Source: the human T2T-CHM13v2.0 reference genome, Homo sapiens. Taken from it: DNA of 64,000 nucleotides. The stretch's first letter is position 1. Every line of letters begins with the position of its first letter. Location of the stretch: the NCBI RefSeq assembly GCF_009914755.1, contig NC_060947.1. One strand, given 5' to 3'. This document shows, piece after piece, positions 44,131 to 57,608 of this stretch. The position numbers were made by a program, and so were the translations under genes. The notes beneath the pieces are model-generated. The model was not told where the DNA came from, ran no database searches, and worked only from the letters and a program-made list of their open reading frames with translations.

Positions 44131-45599
44131 TTTGAAAAATATGAAACATAAAAATACAGAGAATAATATATAAACCACAAATTATCCATGACCCAGAGTT
44201 TATGTATTAACATTCTTGCTAGGTTTGCTTATGTTTTAAAAGCAAATGAAATGTCATTGTTAAAGAAAGGACTCCAGCCTATTGAGTTGCCTGTTCCAAG
44301 CATGGTGCTTATCTAGAAATTCTCCTTTGTAATACGTAGCATTATTTGAGCACTTGCTAGGTATCAGGCACTGTACTTTTATGTAGATTCCTGTCAACAA
44401 CTTTATTACATTGGTACTACAACCACAGAAATGTAAGGGTTCTGTTAAACTCTACAAATATTTATTGAGTACTTACTATATGGGACTTTGTCTTATTCAT
44501 AGAATTTATAATCTAGTAGGAGTCAGGTCATAAAAATAAAGATTGTGGAAAGTGCTATGAAGGAAATAATAGACTAATGTTTTAGGGAAGTGAGAAGAGC
44601 GGAGAATAGAGTCAATATTTGAACCCAGGCAGCCTAATTCTAAAATCTGCATGCTCAATCATTGCACTATATAGATTCATTTCTTTAATTTGGTTGAGGA
44701 TTTAAGGTCTAATAAAGTTAGGCCTGTGGCATATGGCATCCTTGACTCTTCTAGGCTGCATGTCCTCCCTTTTGCCTTTATTTAGATTACTTTTGCCAGC
44801 ACTCATTGATTCGTACTTGTTTATTTTGCTTCTTGTCTTGGACTTTTCCTGGTAGAACTCTCTTGGCAATAAGCAATCTTGTCGCACAGAGTGTCTATAA
44901 AGCAGACATGTTTAGACTATTTTTAATAAAATAAAGTGCCCCCTACCCCACAATTAACACTGGAGCATATATTTAAACCTGAAAAGTCCCCAAGTCCTGA
45001 TTCATTTACCCTGTATTATAAAGGCATAAGTCTGTTTTTATCACTCAGTGAAATAATAATCAAATGATTTTCTTGGAAACTCTAAAAGCTTGGAGGGAAA
45101 GTTAAGTGGTTTGGGCCCTTAGGGTATATAATTCGATCTTCCAGGACTATTTGGCTAGGTTATGTTGCCCGAGGACTTAGAAATAAAAGGTTGATATTTT
45201 CACCCATGTTGACCTCAAGCATGTGACACACACGCTTGTGAGATTCTCCATTATGTGCCAGTCTTGGATTGCACTTTTATTACAATCAGGTTGTGTCTCT
45301 CTTGGAATTTAATTTTATGCCATTGATATGGTGGATCTTAATGAAAATGTCAGACTTTATGTCTTTAGAAATAATGACACAGGAAATGAGTTGGTTGCCC
45401 CTATGTGGCAAGCAAATAAATTAGAGCAAAATCCAGCCACAAGACTCTGTCTTTTTTTCCTGGTCTCAATTCCGCACCTGCTCTGTGCCTAGTTTCCTGG
45501 GGCTTAATGGAAGAAAAAGACTATAAGTCTTGACTTCTCTTTCCAGATTGACCAGGCCTATTTGTTTTTTAAACAGTTTTTTTGTTTTTGTTTTTGTTC

Positions 45600-45838
45600 T
45601 TTGAGACAGAATTCATATAGCATAAAATTTATCCTTTTAAAATATATAATTCAGTGGTTTTGAGTATATTCACAGGGTTGTGCAATCATCATGACTAGGT
45701 AATTCAACATTTTCATCACCCTCACCCCAAAATTCCCATACCCATTAGCAGTCAAACTCCATTCCCACCTACCACCCCTCAGCAATCACTAATCTACCTT
45801 CTATTTCTGTGGATTTACCTATTGTGGACATAAATGGG
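45600..45838 (-). mobile_element. L1MB 3' end fragment
   Basis: aattcagtggttttgagtatattcacagggttgtgcaatcatc...aatcactaatctaccttct. Confidence 0.75.
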
Positions 45839-46082
45839 CCTATTTCTGCCTCTTTCCTCTCTCCCCCTTCTCCTTCTCTGACTCCCTGCAAAGCCAGGCT
45901 CCTGGATTGCTGGGACAGCCCTGTAGGGCTAGCTGAATCTAAAACAGGTTTTCTTTTCTCATTTTCTCTGGCCTGCTCTCCCATCCTGCCTTTTCTCTAC
46001 CCTCTTTGTCTAAATCTACTCTCAATTATTAATCAATTATTGTCTATTCATTGAACACTAGGTACAAATAACTAATAATATA

Positions 46083-46223
46083 CACATGGTTCCTGACTTA
46101 GGATGGTTCAACCTATGATTTTTCAATTTAATGATAGTGCAAAGGTGACAGGCATTCAGGGCACTCCTCATCTTATGATGGGCTTATTAGTATTTAACAC
46201 AATTGTAAGTCAAGGGGCATCTG
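46083..46223. mobile_element. Tigger5/MER47-type Tc1-mariner MITE
   Basis: Imperfect TIRs cacatggttcctgactta and taagtcaaggggcatctg, flanked by TA on both sides. Confidence 0.7.
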
Positions 46224-46536
46224 TATAAAATTGAGCACTTAATATGAGTCAAGAAGAACTGTTCTGATAACTTTTCTTGCATTAACTCTTAATACAAAAC
46301 CTGAATGAAGTCAGTAGTATTATTTCCATTTTACAGATGATTAAACTGAGGCATAGAAAGAATAAGAGATTTATGTACAGTAGCAGAGCTGAGATATGCA
46401 TAGTTATCCATGTCAGGGAGCAGGAATTGGGGGTGGCATGCAGGATGATAAAACAGAAGACATGGTTCCTTACCTCAAGGAGTTGAGAGAAGAAATAAAC
46501 CAGATGCATATGCAATATTTAAGCAACAATAGAAAA

Positions 46537-47013
46537 CAGTGGTTTTCATGTGTTATGTGCCTCAGAATCATCTGGAGGCTTTTTTTTTTTTTTTTTGACA
46601 GAGTCTTGCTCTGTCGCCAGGCTGGAGTAGAGTAGCACGATCTCGGCTCACTGCAACCTCCACCTCACAGGTTCACGCCATTCTCCTGCCTCAGCCTCCT
46701 GAATAGCTGGGACTACAGGTGTGCGCCACCACGCCCAGCTAATTTTTGTATTTTTAGTAGAGACGGGGTTTCACCATGTTGGCTAGGATGCTCTCGCTCT
46801 CTTGACCTCGTGATCCGCCAGCCTCTGCTTCCCAAAGTGCTGGGATTACAGGCGTGAGCCACCGTACCTGGCCCCGGAGGCTTTTTAAAGCACACATTGT
46901 CAGGCCCTACCTCCAGGGTTTCTGATTCGGTAGGTACTGCGTAGGGCTGAAAGAACTGCGTATTCAGCTGGCTCTGATGCTGCCAGTCCAGAAATTTCAA
47001 CATGAGAACCATT
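46537..47013. mobile_element. MER5A-type element split by an Alu
   Basis: cagtggttttca...cagaatcatctgga [Alu] ...gtttctgattcggtaggt...tgagaaccattg. Confidence 0.75.
46585..46873 (-). mobile_element. AluSc-like
   Basis: tcgccaggctgg and ctcttgacctcgtgatccgcc diagnostics. TSD ggaggcttttt at 46574-46584 and 46876-46886. Confidence 0.93.
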
Positions 47014-47614
47014 GTCTTAGAGTATAACTGTCTTTAGAGAGCATCTGGCAATGCAGCAGCAAGAAGTACAATTATGCACATTTAGATAAAGAATGAGGTT
47101 TGGTGTGATTTCTGTGTGGCAGCATGAGTTTGTTACCTAAGGGAGTTGGGGAAGGACAAACAGTCATCACACCAATGGGATTAGGTCTGTTCTTCCTTAA
47201 GACTCTCCTGTCCTTCCCGCCTCTTGCTCTTAACATGTCAAGCCCAAGCTGAGAGCAGGGCATCTGAGGCCCTTCACAGTATGGCTCCTATGTACTGTTC
47301 CAACCTCACAATCCTGACCTCTTGGTTATCCCCACTTTACAGTCCAGTGATTCCAAGTTCGGTGTGTTTCCAATTTTTCATGCTGGTTCATGCCCACTTC
47401 CTACTGTTTCCTCTGCCTAAAATGCCCCCACTCAAGTCCTCCTGGTGCCCGTGCCAGACTACCTGGATTCAAATCTGGCCTCTGTCAATTACTAGCCATG
47501 TCACCTTTGGCGAGTTGGTTAGCTGCTCTGTGCCTGAGTGTCCTAATCTGTAAAATGGGGGTAATAATAGTTCCTTCCTCATAGGGTTGTTGTAAAGATT
47601 AAATGAGGTAATAC

Positions 47615-48902
<1,288 letters not shown>

Positions 48903-49646
48903 AAAGTAATACTTATAAAATATTCAGTACAGAGTTTAGCACATAGCACATATTCAAAAATGTTGTATTTTCACTATTGTTAACGATTTTACTAAATCCA
49001 GCCTAGGCATTACCTCCAGAAAGTCTACTTTGTCATTCTCAACCCCATGCCCACTAGTATTATTAGTGATTCCCTCTCTCTCCTGTACTTTGTATCTCAT
49101 ACATGCTTCTATTCAATTCCTGGCTCTGTCACTTGTTAGCTGTGTGATTGTGAGCAAGTTATTTAGCCTCTCTGAAACTAGGTTTCCTTATCTGTAAAAT
49201 AAAGATGATAATAGTATAATAATACTCATCTCAGAGTAATTGCTGATATTTAAAAAGGCAACGCATGAAGAAGCTCTTATCATGGTTCCCAGTACTTAGT
49301 AATAAAGGTAAATGTTATTTTGAACTACACCATGTGGTTGTGAGAAATAACGGCATCATTTTTTCTCAAGGTAAGGTGATGATGCTCTTATCTCAGCAAA
49401 TAGTTGGGAGAAGCAGATGGTTTTATATATTGATTCCTGATTGTATCATTATTATCGCATCCCTTGACCTGATTTCTATCTACCTCCACACTTCATAGTG
49501 TGTTTTCTCATTACGCCCCACATCTTCTACCTAGTTTTCCAGCACACACCACACTGTTGCAAGCCTTTCTGCTTAGTCTGTTTCATTCCTGAAATATGCT
49601 TTCGTACTTTATTCCCTGGCTAATGCCTGTCCACTCTTAAAGATTC

Positions 49647-51100
49647 TTTTGCCCCAGTGTATGTTTTTATCTACTTTGTCAAAGATATGTAGATATATGG
49701 CCTTATTCCCGGGTTCTCTATACTATTCCTTTGATCTGTGTGTCTATTTTTATACCAGCACCATGCGATTTGGGTTACTATAGCCTTGCAGTACAATTTG
49801 AAGTCGGCTAATGCAATGGACATCCTTTTCAATAAATGGTGCTGGGAAACTTGCATTGCCATATGCAGAAGAATGAAACTGAACCTCTGTCTCTCACCAT
49901 ACACAAAAACCAGCTCAAGATGGATTAAAGACTTGAATGTAAGACCTGAAACTATAAAAATCCTAGAAGAAAACCTAGGAAAAAAAGTCTTCTGTACATT
50001 GGTATGGGCGAGGAATTCATGACTAAGACCTCAAAACCACAAGCAACAAAAATAAAAAATAAGCAAATAAGACTTTAAACTGTGCACAGCAAAGGAAATA
50101 ATCAACAGAGTGAACAGACAACCTGCCGAATGGGAGAAAATATTTGCAAACCATGCAACCGACAGGAGACTAATGTCTAGAATTTACAAGGAGCTCATAC
50201 AACTCAACAAAAACAACAGAAAACCAAATGACTCCATTAAAAATGGGAAAGGATATGAGCAGATACTTCTCAAAAGAAGACATACATGTGGCCAAAAAGC
50301 ATATGAAAAAATGGTCATCATCACTAGTCATCAGAGAAATGCAAATCAAAACCACAATGAGATATCATTTTACACCAGTCAGAATGGCTATTATAAAAGG
50401 TCAAAAAAAAAAAAAGATGTTGGCAAGGATGTGGATAAAAGGGAATGCTTACACACTGTTGGTGGGAATGTAAATTAGTTCACCCTCTGTGGAAAACAGT
50501 ATGGATATTTCTCAAAAAACTAAAAATAGAACTACCATATGACCCAGCAATCCCACTAGTGAATGTATATCCAAAGGAATTGAAATCAGTATATAGCAGA
50601 GATATCTGCACTCCTATGCTTATTGCAGAAGTATTCACCAAGCTTTGGAATCAACCTAAATGTCCATAAATGGATGATTGGATAAAGAAAATGTGGTATA
50701 TATACACAATGGAATAGTGTTCATCTATAAAAAATAATGAAATCATGTCTTTTCCCACAATATGGATGGAACTGGTGGCCATTATCTTAAGTAAAACAAC
50801 TCAGAAATAGAAAGTCAAATATCACATGTTCTCAGTTCTAAGTGGGAGCCAAATAATGGGTACACATGAACATGGAGTGTGGAATGATAGATATTTGAGA
50901 CTCAAGAAAGGTGGGATGGTGGGAGGTGGTGGGGTATGAGAAAATAATGAGTAAAACATACATTATTATCATTATTATCTTTATGGTAGATCCATTTAGA
51001 TGGACATATTAAAGCCCAGACCTCACCACTATTTAATATATCGATGTAACAAAACTGCCCTTGTGTCCCTTAAATTTATACAAATACAAATAAATTTTTG
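49647..51100 (+). mobile_element. L1PB (about PB3/4), 5'-truncated with a 5' inversion (49647-49818 inverted), inserted in an L2
   Basis: A minus-oriented ORF2 piece ([12 protein letters not shown]) is followed by plus-oriented LFNKWCWE... through the L1PB 3' end. TSD aaagattc at 49639-49646 and 51102-51109. Confidence 0.9.
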
Positions 51101-51562
51101 AAAAGATTCAGCTTTTAGTGTCACCAGCTGTAGATCCCTGAATCCCCAAACTGAGATGGGTGCCCCATCCTATGCTTACCCTATCACAGTGTTATGATAT
51201 TGTTATAGAGCTTTTTGTTTGTGCGCCAGTCTCTCCAACTAGATTGCGCCTTTCTTAAGAGAGTCAGGCCCTTTCAACTTCATCTGTGTATCCCCAGCAC
51301 CTAGCTCAGTGTTTTCAACACAATATAGACTCAAGGGGTATTTGAACTAAACTGAGGCGACCCAGCTGTACTGGAACAGGTTTAAGCTTATTTTTTAAAT
51401 GTCAACAAGTTGCCACAGACAAGTTATCTTTCCTGAAATCTCAGCATGGAAAACTTCTGGACATTTTTCTGGTGGCAGGAAAGATGGTTAATTCGATCTA
51501 GGACTCATGAAGAAAATGGCATTAAACAAAGCTGACCTACTACTCTATTAAAAGTTTGGGCA

Positions 51563-51582
51563 ACACTGCCATCTAGTGATGG
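51563..51582 (-). promoter_or_regulatory. Candidate CTCF motif
   Basis: The minus strand reads ccatcactagatggcagtgt, close to CCASYAGRKGGCRS with a mismatch at the first C. Confidence 0.4.
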
Positions 51583-52199
51583 AATTTAGATATGCTTGAG
51601 AATGAGATCTGTAGTTCTTCATGGAAGCCTGGAGAAAACCACTGAGCTTTCGTTTACACAGAGAAAGAGGAATGGCTAGTTTCTCTGAATAAGACATGTA
51701 GTTATGCGATGTACATTTCACTCGATAGATCGTGTTAATTGAGGGAAATAAAGGTCTAAATATATCATTTGTTAGCCACCAAGTCCTATTAATGTGGCTA
51801 GTTGCTGATGGGGTGGGAATTGCACAGGACAGTCCAGATGGAACCTATTTGTTCCCATTGTAACATTCAGCATCAGATTATGTACCTTATTTTTTTCAAA
51901 AGGAAAATATGGCTGGCACAGATCTGCTTTCAGGCATTATACAATCTAATTGGACACAAGAAGCAATTAAGGAATAAGACACCATTAAATTTGACTCAGG
52001 TCATTGATTGGCTGTGTGTGTGTTAAACATATCCAAATGTATGCATGAGTGTTTTCAGTCATTCAGGTGGTGGGGGTGTCTATACTTTTTGTAGGAATCC
52101 TCAAATAGTTTTGGAATACACTGCCCTTGGAATCATCCTGAGCCTGTTCTAACACGAATAAGAAACAGTAGATGTAATCTACCACACTGCAAGCAGCTG

Positions 52200-52435
52200 A
52201 ATGTGTACTGCATTTGGAGTCAAACAGGTTGGAGTTCAGATTACTTGTCTATCACTTACTAAGTGCGTGGCCTTGGGCAAATTACTTAACCTCTATGCAC
52301 CTCTTCATCTGCAAGATAAGAGTGCAAATAATACTCATCTCATTCAGGTTCTGTGAAGTTCTGTGAGGATTGACTGAGACTGGTATGTAAAGCACTGAAA
52401 GCAGTGTAGGCAATTTAGTAAGTGCTTGTAATTTT
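52200..52435 (+). mobile_element. MIR SINE
   Basis: tttggagtcaaacag...ccttgggcaaattacttaacctct. Confidence 0.7.
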
Positions 52436-52449
52436 TGACAAATACTTTG

Positions 52450-53115
52450 CTACAGCCCCTTTACTGTCCTAAAATGAGACAGAGAAACTCATAGAGCAAT
52501 GTACCTACCACACACATAATTTTATATATTTGTGTGTGTGTGTGTGTATATATATAAGAGAGAGAGAGGTCCAACTAGTGTGAAGGAGAAATAAAAGGAA
52601 ATTATTGGTAATAAATAATGAATTTCCATCTGCAAAGATTGAGGCCACACCATGCTATAAGATGTAGGGGAACAGGTAGAAGCTTGCACCTACGTACAGA
52701 AACAGCATGAACTCAAACACTACAAATGCAGGCGCATGCAGGGGCATTGCATTAGTGACTCAATTACCATGATCAGCGTTGTTGTTGGCAATATGATCTT
52801 CAAAAATGTTAGACAACTCTTGGGAGAGTTCTGAACACAACAAAGAGCAGTTTTCCCTCAATTTACATGGTAGCTGTATTCCTGGAAATTTCAGCATATA
52901 CTGAAATAAAACTGTGCAAAAAATACTTTGTGTTTATGTATAAATCAGAGTTCTGTTCTAGGCACAGCTAATTATTAACAGATTTTTTTAACCTACATGA
53001 ATAACTGGGTGGGAGGTGGCATTCAAAATTTGGACAGAATATGGGGCATTCTTCACTGTGTGGAACTGTCTAGCACATTGAGGACGTCTAGCATCCTCTT
53101 TTCCATTAAGTGCTT
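52450..53115. mobile_element. hAT-Charlie (Charlie4-like) fossil containing a (TG)(TA)(GA) microsatellite
   Basis: attcttcactgtgtggaactgtctagcacattgaggacgtctagcatcc resembles recalled Charlie4. The microsatellite lies at about 52531-52568. Confidence 0.45.
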
Positions 53116-53589
53116 CCCACCTCCTTTGTATACCAGTCTCTATCTTATACATATTCACATGCATACAGAACCATAGAATTAGACAGGTACAGACATAAAC
53201 TCTCAAGGGGAAATAGAGTCAGGGCCTTGATATTCATCCAGGGCTAGCCTGGAAGAACCCAAGGATGGAGACTGGACAGTGGGTGGGATATGGAGAAGGT
53301 TCTTAAAACCTGTAGATTCAGTTATGTTTACAGTCTGGATGAGGTATGCAAGGAAAGGGGTGGTGAGAGAGCTGGGGTGGGGAAGTTGGTGGGAAGGATG
53401 GTATTCAGGTACTGAAGACTGAAGAAATGTTGGGAGTCATTGACGAGTAGGCAGCCAGCGTCAGGACCCAAGGTAAAATGAAGGCCCTGGAAAGGCAGAA
53501 ACTTTGGAACCATGAAGACAGACCCCCAACCAGGATTGAACTAACGGAGCAAAGAAATGGGGTCTGAATACAGCCTGAATGTCTTCCAT

Positions 53590-54545
53590 TCAGCTGGTTA
53601 AAAGTGCAGATGTAGAGTCACACAGACCTGGGCTCAAATCTCAGCTCTGCTACTTACTGTGTGATCTTGGGGAAGTCACTGCAAACCTCAGAGCCTCACA
53701 TTGTTCTCGTCTGTAAATTGAAAATACTGATAGTGCTTGTTTCCTCCCTCAAATGGTGATTGTGAGAATTACACACGAGACCATATGTAAAGTGCTGGAC
53801 ACATAGTATATGTGCAATGTAGGCTAGCTGTTATCATTACTACCTTCCCCACCAAACTCCTCTGCCTTCCATGCCCACACCTCAGTGAGTGGCATCACCA
53901 TCTACCTGTTCAGCCATCCAAGCCAGAAGCTTAGAGATGATTGTTGACCTTGTCTTCCTCATGTCTCACAATCCTGCCGATGTTTCCTCTGAAATTTCTT
54001 TTGTATCTACTGCTTCTCCTCCAACCCCACTGCCAGTGCTTTCACCTCAGCCCCTCAACACCTCTTCCCTGGGTTTATATCCTCTCTGTGGAGCTTGGCT
54101 GCACCTGGCGCGGTCGAAGAGGGGAGGACTAGTTCTACTGGGACTCTGCTTGGGCAAAGTCTTAATGGCTGAGTGGCAATGGGCAGGACACTTATCTAGA
54201 ATGGGTGGGAACAAATGAAACCCAAGGTAAGACTATGGCCCAGAATTTAAAAGGGTATTATCAGAGGCATCACATGGCAAAGCAGGCTATAGGCTATAGC
54301 ATAGTGATTAAGCCCATGGAATGTGGAGTCAGGCTTCCTAGGTCTGAATTCTGACTCTACTGCTTATCACTTGTTTCACCTTGGGAAAGTTACTTTACCT
54401 CTCCGTGTCTCAGCTTCCTCACCTCAAAATGGAAATAAAAATAGCACCCATGTCAGGAAGTTGTTGTAAGGATTGAATAATTTATTACATATAAAGGGTC
54501 TAGAATGGTGCCAGGCACATAGAAGCATGAAAAGTATTTGTTAAA
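53590..54545 (+). mobile_element. MIR (53590-53840), L2 fragment (about 53840-54060) and MIR (about 54290-54545)
   Basis: MIR cores ctgtgtgatcttggggaagtcac and cttgggaaagttactttacctctccgtgtctcagcttcctc. L2 motif gtggcatcaccatctacc...caagccagaa. Confidence 0.65.
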
Positions 54546-55267
54546 GTATTTTTAAAAATTTAAGATAAGGTTAAACACAGAGCTGCAAGGAAGTAAATTG
54601 CACCTAGGCCATAAACAAGTTGTGGGCCTGGGCTGGCCATTCCTGATGGGTAATGGTGGCCTACCCGGGGCAGGGCAGCCGCCTGGCTGGATTGGGCTAG
54701 AACCCACCCTGGCCATCCCCCTTCCACCTCCAGCCCTCCTAAAGGCAGCCTTTTTAAAAACAGGTTTGCATCACAGAAGGCTAGAACCCTCTCCAGTGCA
54801 TTCTCCATCCCAAATGAATCGTTTGGTTTTGTTGCTTCCAGACCCTTGGCAGCAGTGAGACTGCAAGTGTAGAAAACTAAAGTAGTGCCCAACAGAAGGC
54901 AGGAATTGCTACAGATCCTTAAGGGTTCAGAGGGATCCCTTCTCCAGGTAAGAAGTGATTTTTTTTTTGTCTGACTTTATGCAGATGCCCTGGGCACGTA
55001 GAAAGAACTGCCAATGAACTTTCTGTTTTAAATATGCTTATTTACCCGTGTTAATACTGTTGTAGTAGACCCAGTGGTGGCTGAACCAAGGACTTGATGG
55101 AGGAGAGAATCAGTAAAAATGAAACCCTGATACTGGGTTTTTGCTCATCAGCTGCTTCAAAGGCTGAGAATTCAGACCTATTACAAGACCTATTACAAGC
55201 TGCAGGCCGTTTACAGATGCAGGAACTGTCAGGGACAGGTCAGATGCAGGGACTGTCAGATGCAGGA

Positions 55268-56285
55268 CAGGAAATTAGGGCCTAAGGAAAGGTTTAACTT
55301 CAAAGACCTTATCCAGAATTTTGCAATCAGGAATTCTAGAAATAAATTACTGGAATTTCAGCAAAATCATTTAGTTTAGTTTTACTTTTCTTTTGAATTT
55401 TCTGGTTACCCTTCTGAATCTGATCGGGGTGTTGAAGGCCTGGAAATCAAATTTTACCCCACCCTGGGTTCCTTGGGGGTTCATCCAAGTGATTGATTGG
55501 GAATTACCAGAGTTATGAAGGGTTCCATATGGTCACAGAATGGGCACTGGCAGAGCTGGAATTCTTGATATTTCTTCTTACAAAGAGTACTGGGTCCCTG
55601 CTAGGGAAGTGAAGGTCTGATGAAGCCTGGTATAAATTTATGCAGGAATGGTTGTGGCGGCAACTGCTAACAAAATCCTCAGATGTGCAAGCTGCAGATG
55701 CCCAGAGGATGGTAGGAGTTTGGCTTTGTCACTCCAGATGAGGCCAGGGATCAAAGAGCAAGAAGAAGCTGAGAGTTAGGGTTCCTGGGTGACATTACAT
55801 CTGGCCAGAACATGTGCATAATGCTGTATGTGAACTCTCTTGTATACTGCAATGGTTATTAGTTTTCCAAATCAGAGGATGGGATATACTCATGGGAGGG
55901 CTGGTTTGAGCCATGTGAACTGGCTGGGGCGGGGCCCACAGAACTGTCTGAAGCCCCTTCGTCTACCAGGAGGGTGGAGGTAGTTACCAGATGTTCTAGG
56001 TTTCGCTAGTGCCCAACACACTGTGACTCAGCAGAGGGTGGGGCCTCGGGCTCTGTTGGAGTCCAGAGCAGGATCTGGCTTGGTTACCCTTTTACTAGCA
56101 GGTAGTGCTGGGCTTCTTGCTAGACAGGCAGACTAAACACCCACTTAGAGCCCCAGGAAATTAGGGCCTAAGGAAAGGTTTAACTTCAAAGACCTTATCC
56201 AGAATTTTGCAATCAGGAATTCTAGAAATAAATTACTGGAATTTCAGCAAAATCATTTAGTTTAGTTTTACTTTTCTTTTGAATT
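55268..56285 (+). repeat. Perfect 132-bp dispersed direct repeat (55268-55399 and 56154-56285)
   Basis: Base-by-base identical from caggaaattagggcc to cttttcttttgaatt, offset 886 bp. Confidence 0.97.
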
Positions 56286-56452
56286 ACATGTGAGTGGGAA
56301 TGCCATAGTCTTTTCAGTGCTTCAAGGCCTCTGAAGGTCCTAATTGGGCCTTGACAATAAATCCTGAAAATTCTGAATAGTGACTATATTACTGTTACGA
56401 TACAGTTCTGATATTGTTTGGCAGAGTCCCCTCCTGACCACCAACTCATACA

Positions 56453-56472
56453 ACTGCGCCATCTTGTGGTAT
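56453..56472 (-). promoter_or_regulatory. Candidate CTCF (and overlapping YY1-like) motif
   Basis: The minus strand reads ataccacaagatggcgcagt, close to CCASYAGRKGGCRS (one mismatch at the Y position). It contains aagatggcg and retains its CpG. Confidence 0.5.
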
Positions 56473-56495
56473 ATGCTGTGCAGTGGAGAATGAGG

Positions 56496-56818
56496 TTTTT
56501 TTGTTTTTTGTTTTGTTTTGTTTTTGTTTTTGAGATGGAGTTTCCCTCTAGTTGCGTAGGCTGGAGTGCAATGGTGCCATCTTGGCTCACTGCAACCTCC
56601 ATCTCCCGGGTTCAAGTGATTCTCCTGCCTCAGCCTTCTGAGTAGCTGAAATTACAGGCATGTGCCACCACGCCTGGCTAATTATGTATTTCTTTTTTAG
56701 TAGAGATGGGGTTTCTCCATGTTGGTCAGGCTGGTCTCGAACTCCCGACCTCAGGTGATCCGCCTCCCTTGGCCTCCCAAAGTGCTGGAATTACAGGTGT
56801 GAGCCACTGCGCCAGGCC
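56496..56818 (-). mobile_element. AluSp-like
   Basis: ggtttctccatgttggtcaggctggtctcgaactcccgacctcagg diagnostics and a (TTTTG)n tail. Confidence 0.93.
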
Positions 56819-57105
56819 ACCAGCTACAGAGCTGGCTGTTCTGGCTTCCTATTTTTTTTTTAACTGAGGGGTAGGGAAGTAGAGGGAGTGTGGGCTCCTG
56901 TGGCAATGGTGAGGTCAGCCTCATACCTAAGTTTCTATTCTGTTCTGCTTGCAGTTTTAGCAATCAGTCATTGTTCCTTTGACCTGCTCCCCTGCTCCCC
57001 CACCTCCTACAGCTCCATCTCCACCAAGCCTTCCTAACATGGGCCCTCAGCTCAGATATACCCATCCCAGGTTCTAGGACCAAGTTTGACAGAATTCTTA
57101 AGAGT

Positions 57106-57608
57106 TAGGGTTCTTGACTTTTAGGTGTCATGGAACCCTTTGGCCAGCCTGTGAAGCCAACAGAACCCCTTATCAGAATCACGTTTTTAGGTGCCTAGAA
57201 CAAAATACATAGGAATAAAAAGGAAACATATTACACTGAAATGGAATTGTCAAAATATTAAAAATGAACTTGTGATATAGTTATCACATATTAAGTAACA
57301 CGATCTAGTGGCAGGTCTCTACTACTGTAATTTTAAAGTGGTCATGAGAATAAGCAGTATTAGAAGATGCTGTAGTGCAGCTCTTGTAATGTGATATGCA
57401 ACCATCTGTGACTTCCATTGATGACAAAGTCACAGGTACTGCTGACACCACTGTGGGCTGTTGCTTATGTTCGTAATTGTAGGACATGCTACACTGAATT
57501 TAAGGAAACTGAAATTAGAGGTTAGTAAAGACAAAGATATGTTTTCTGAATCCAAATTCTCAGATCCCTGCTGTGGATGAACCCCATCTGTGAAGGCCAG
57601 GTTAAGCT
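57106..57608. mobile_element. hAT-Charlie fossil (MER119-like)
   Basis: agggttcttgacttttaggtgtcatggaaccctttggc...aaaatacatagga...ccaggttaag termini. Confidence 0.55.

Noticed and set aside
55174-55270. Short repeated words as a CRISPR-like array
   Set aside because: Primate genome, no regular repeat-spacer period and no cas genes. Better explained as a repair scar.
55268-56285. 132-bp direct repeats as LTRs of a mini-retroelement, or as a giant TSD
   Set aside because: No TG...CA termini, primer-binding site, polypurine tract or outer TSD. The enclosed 754 bp has no poly(A) or recognisable element features.
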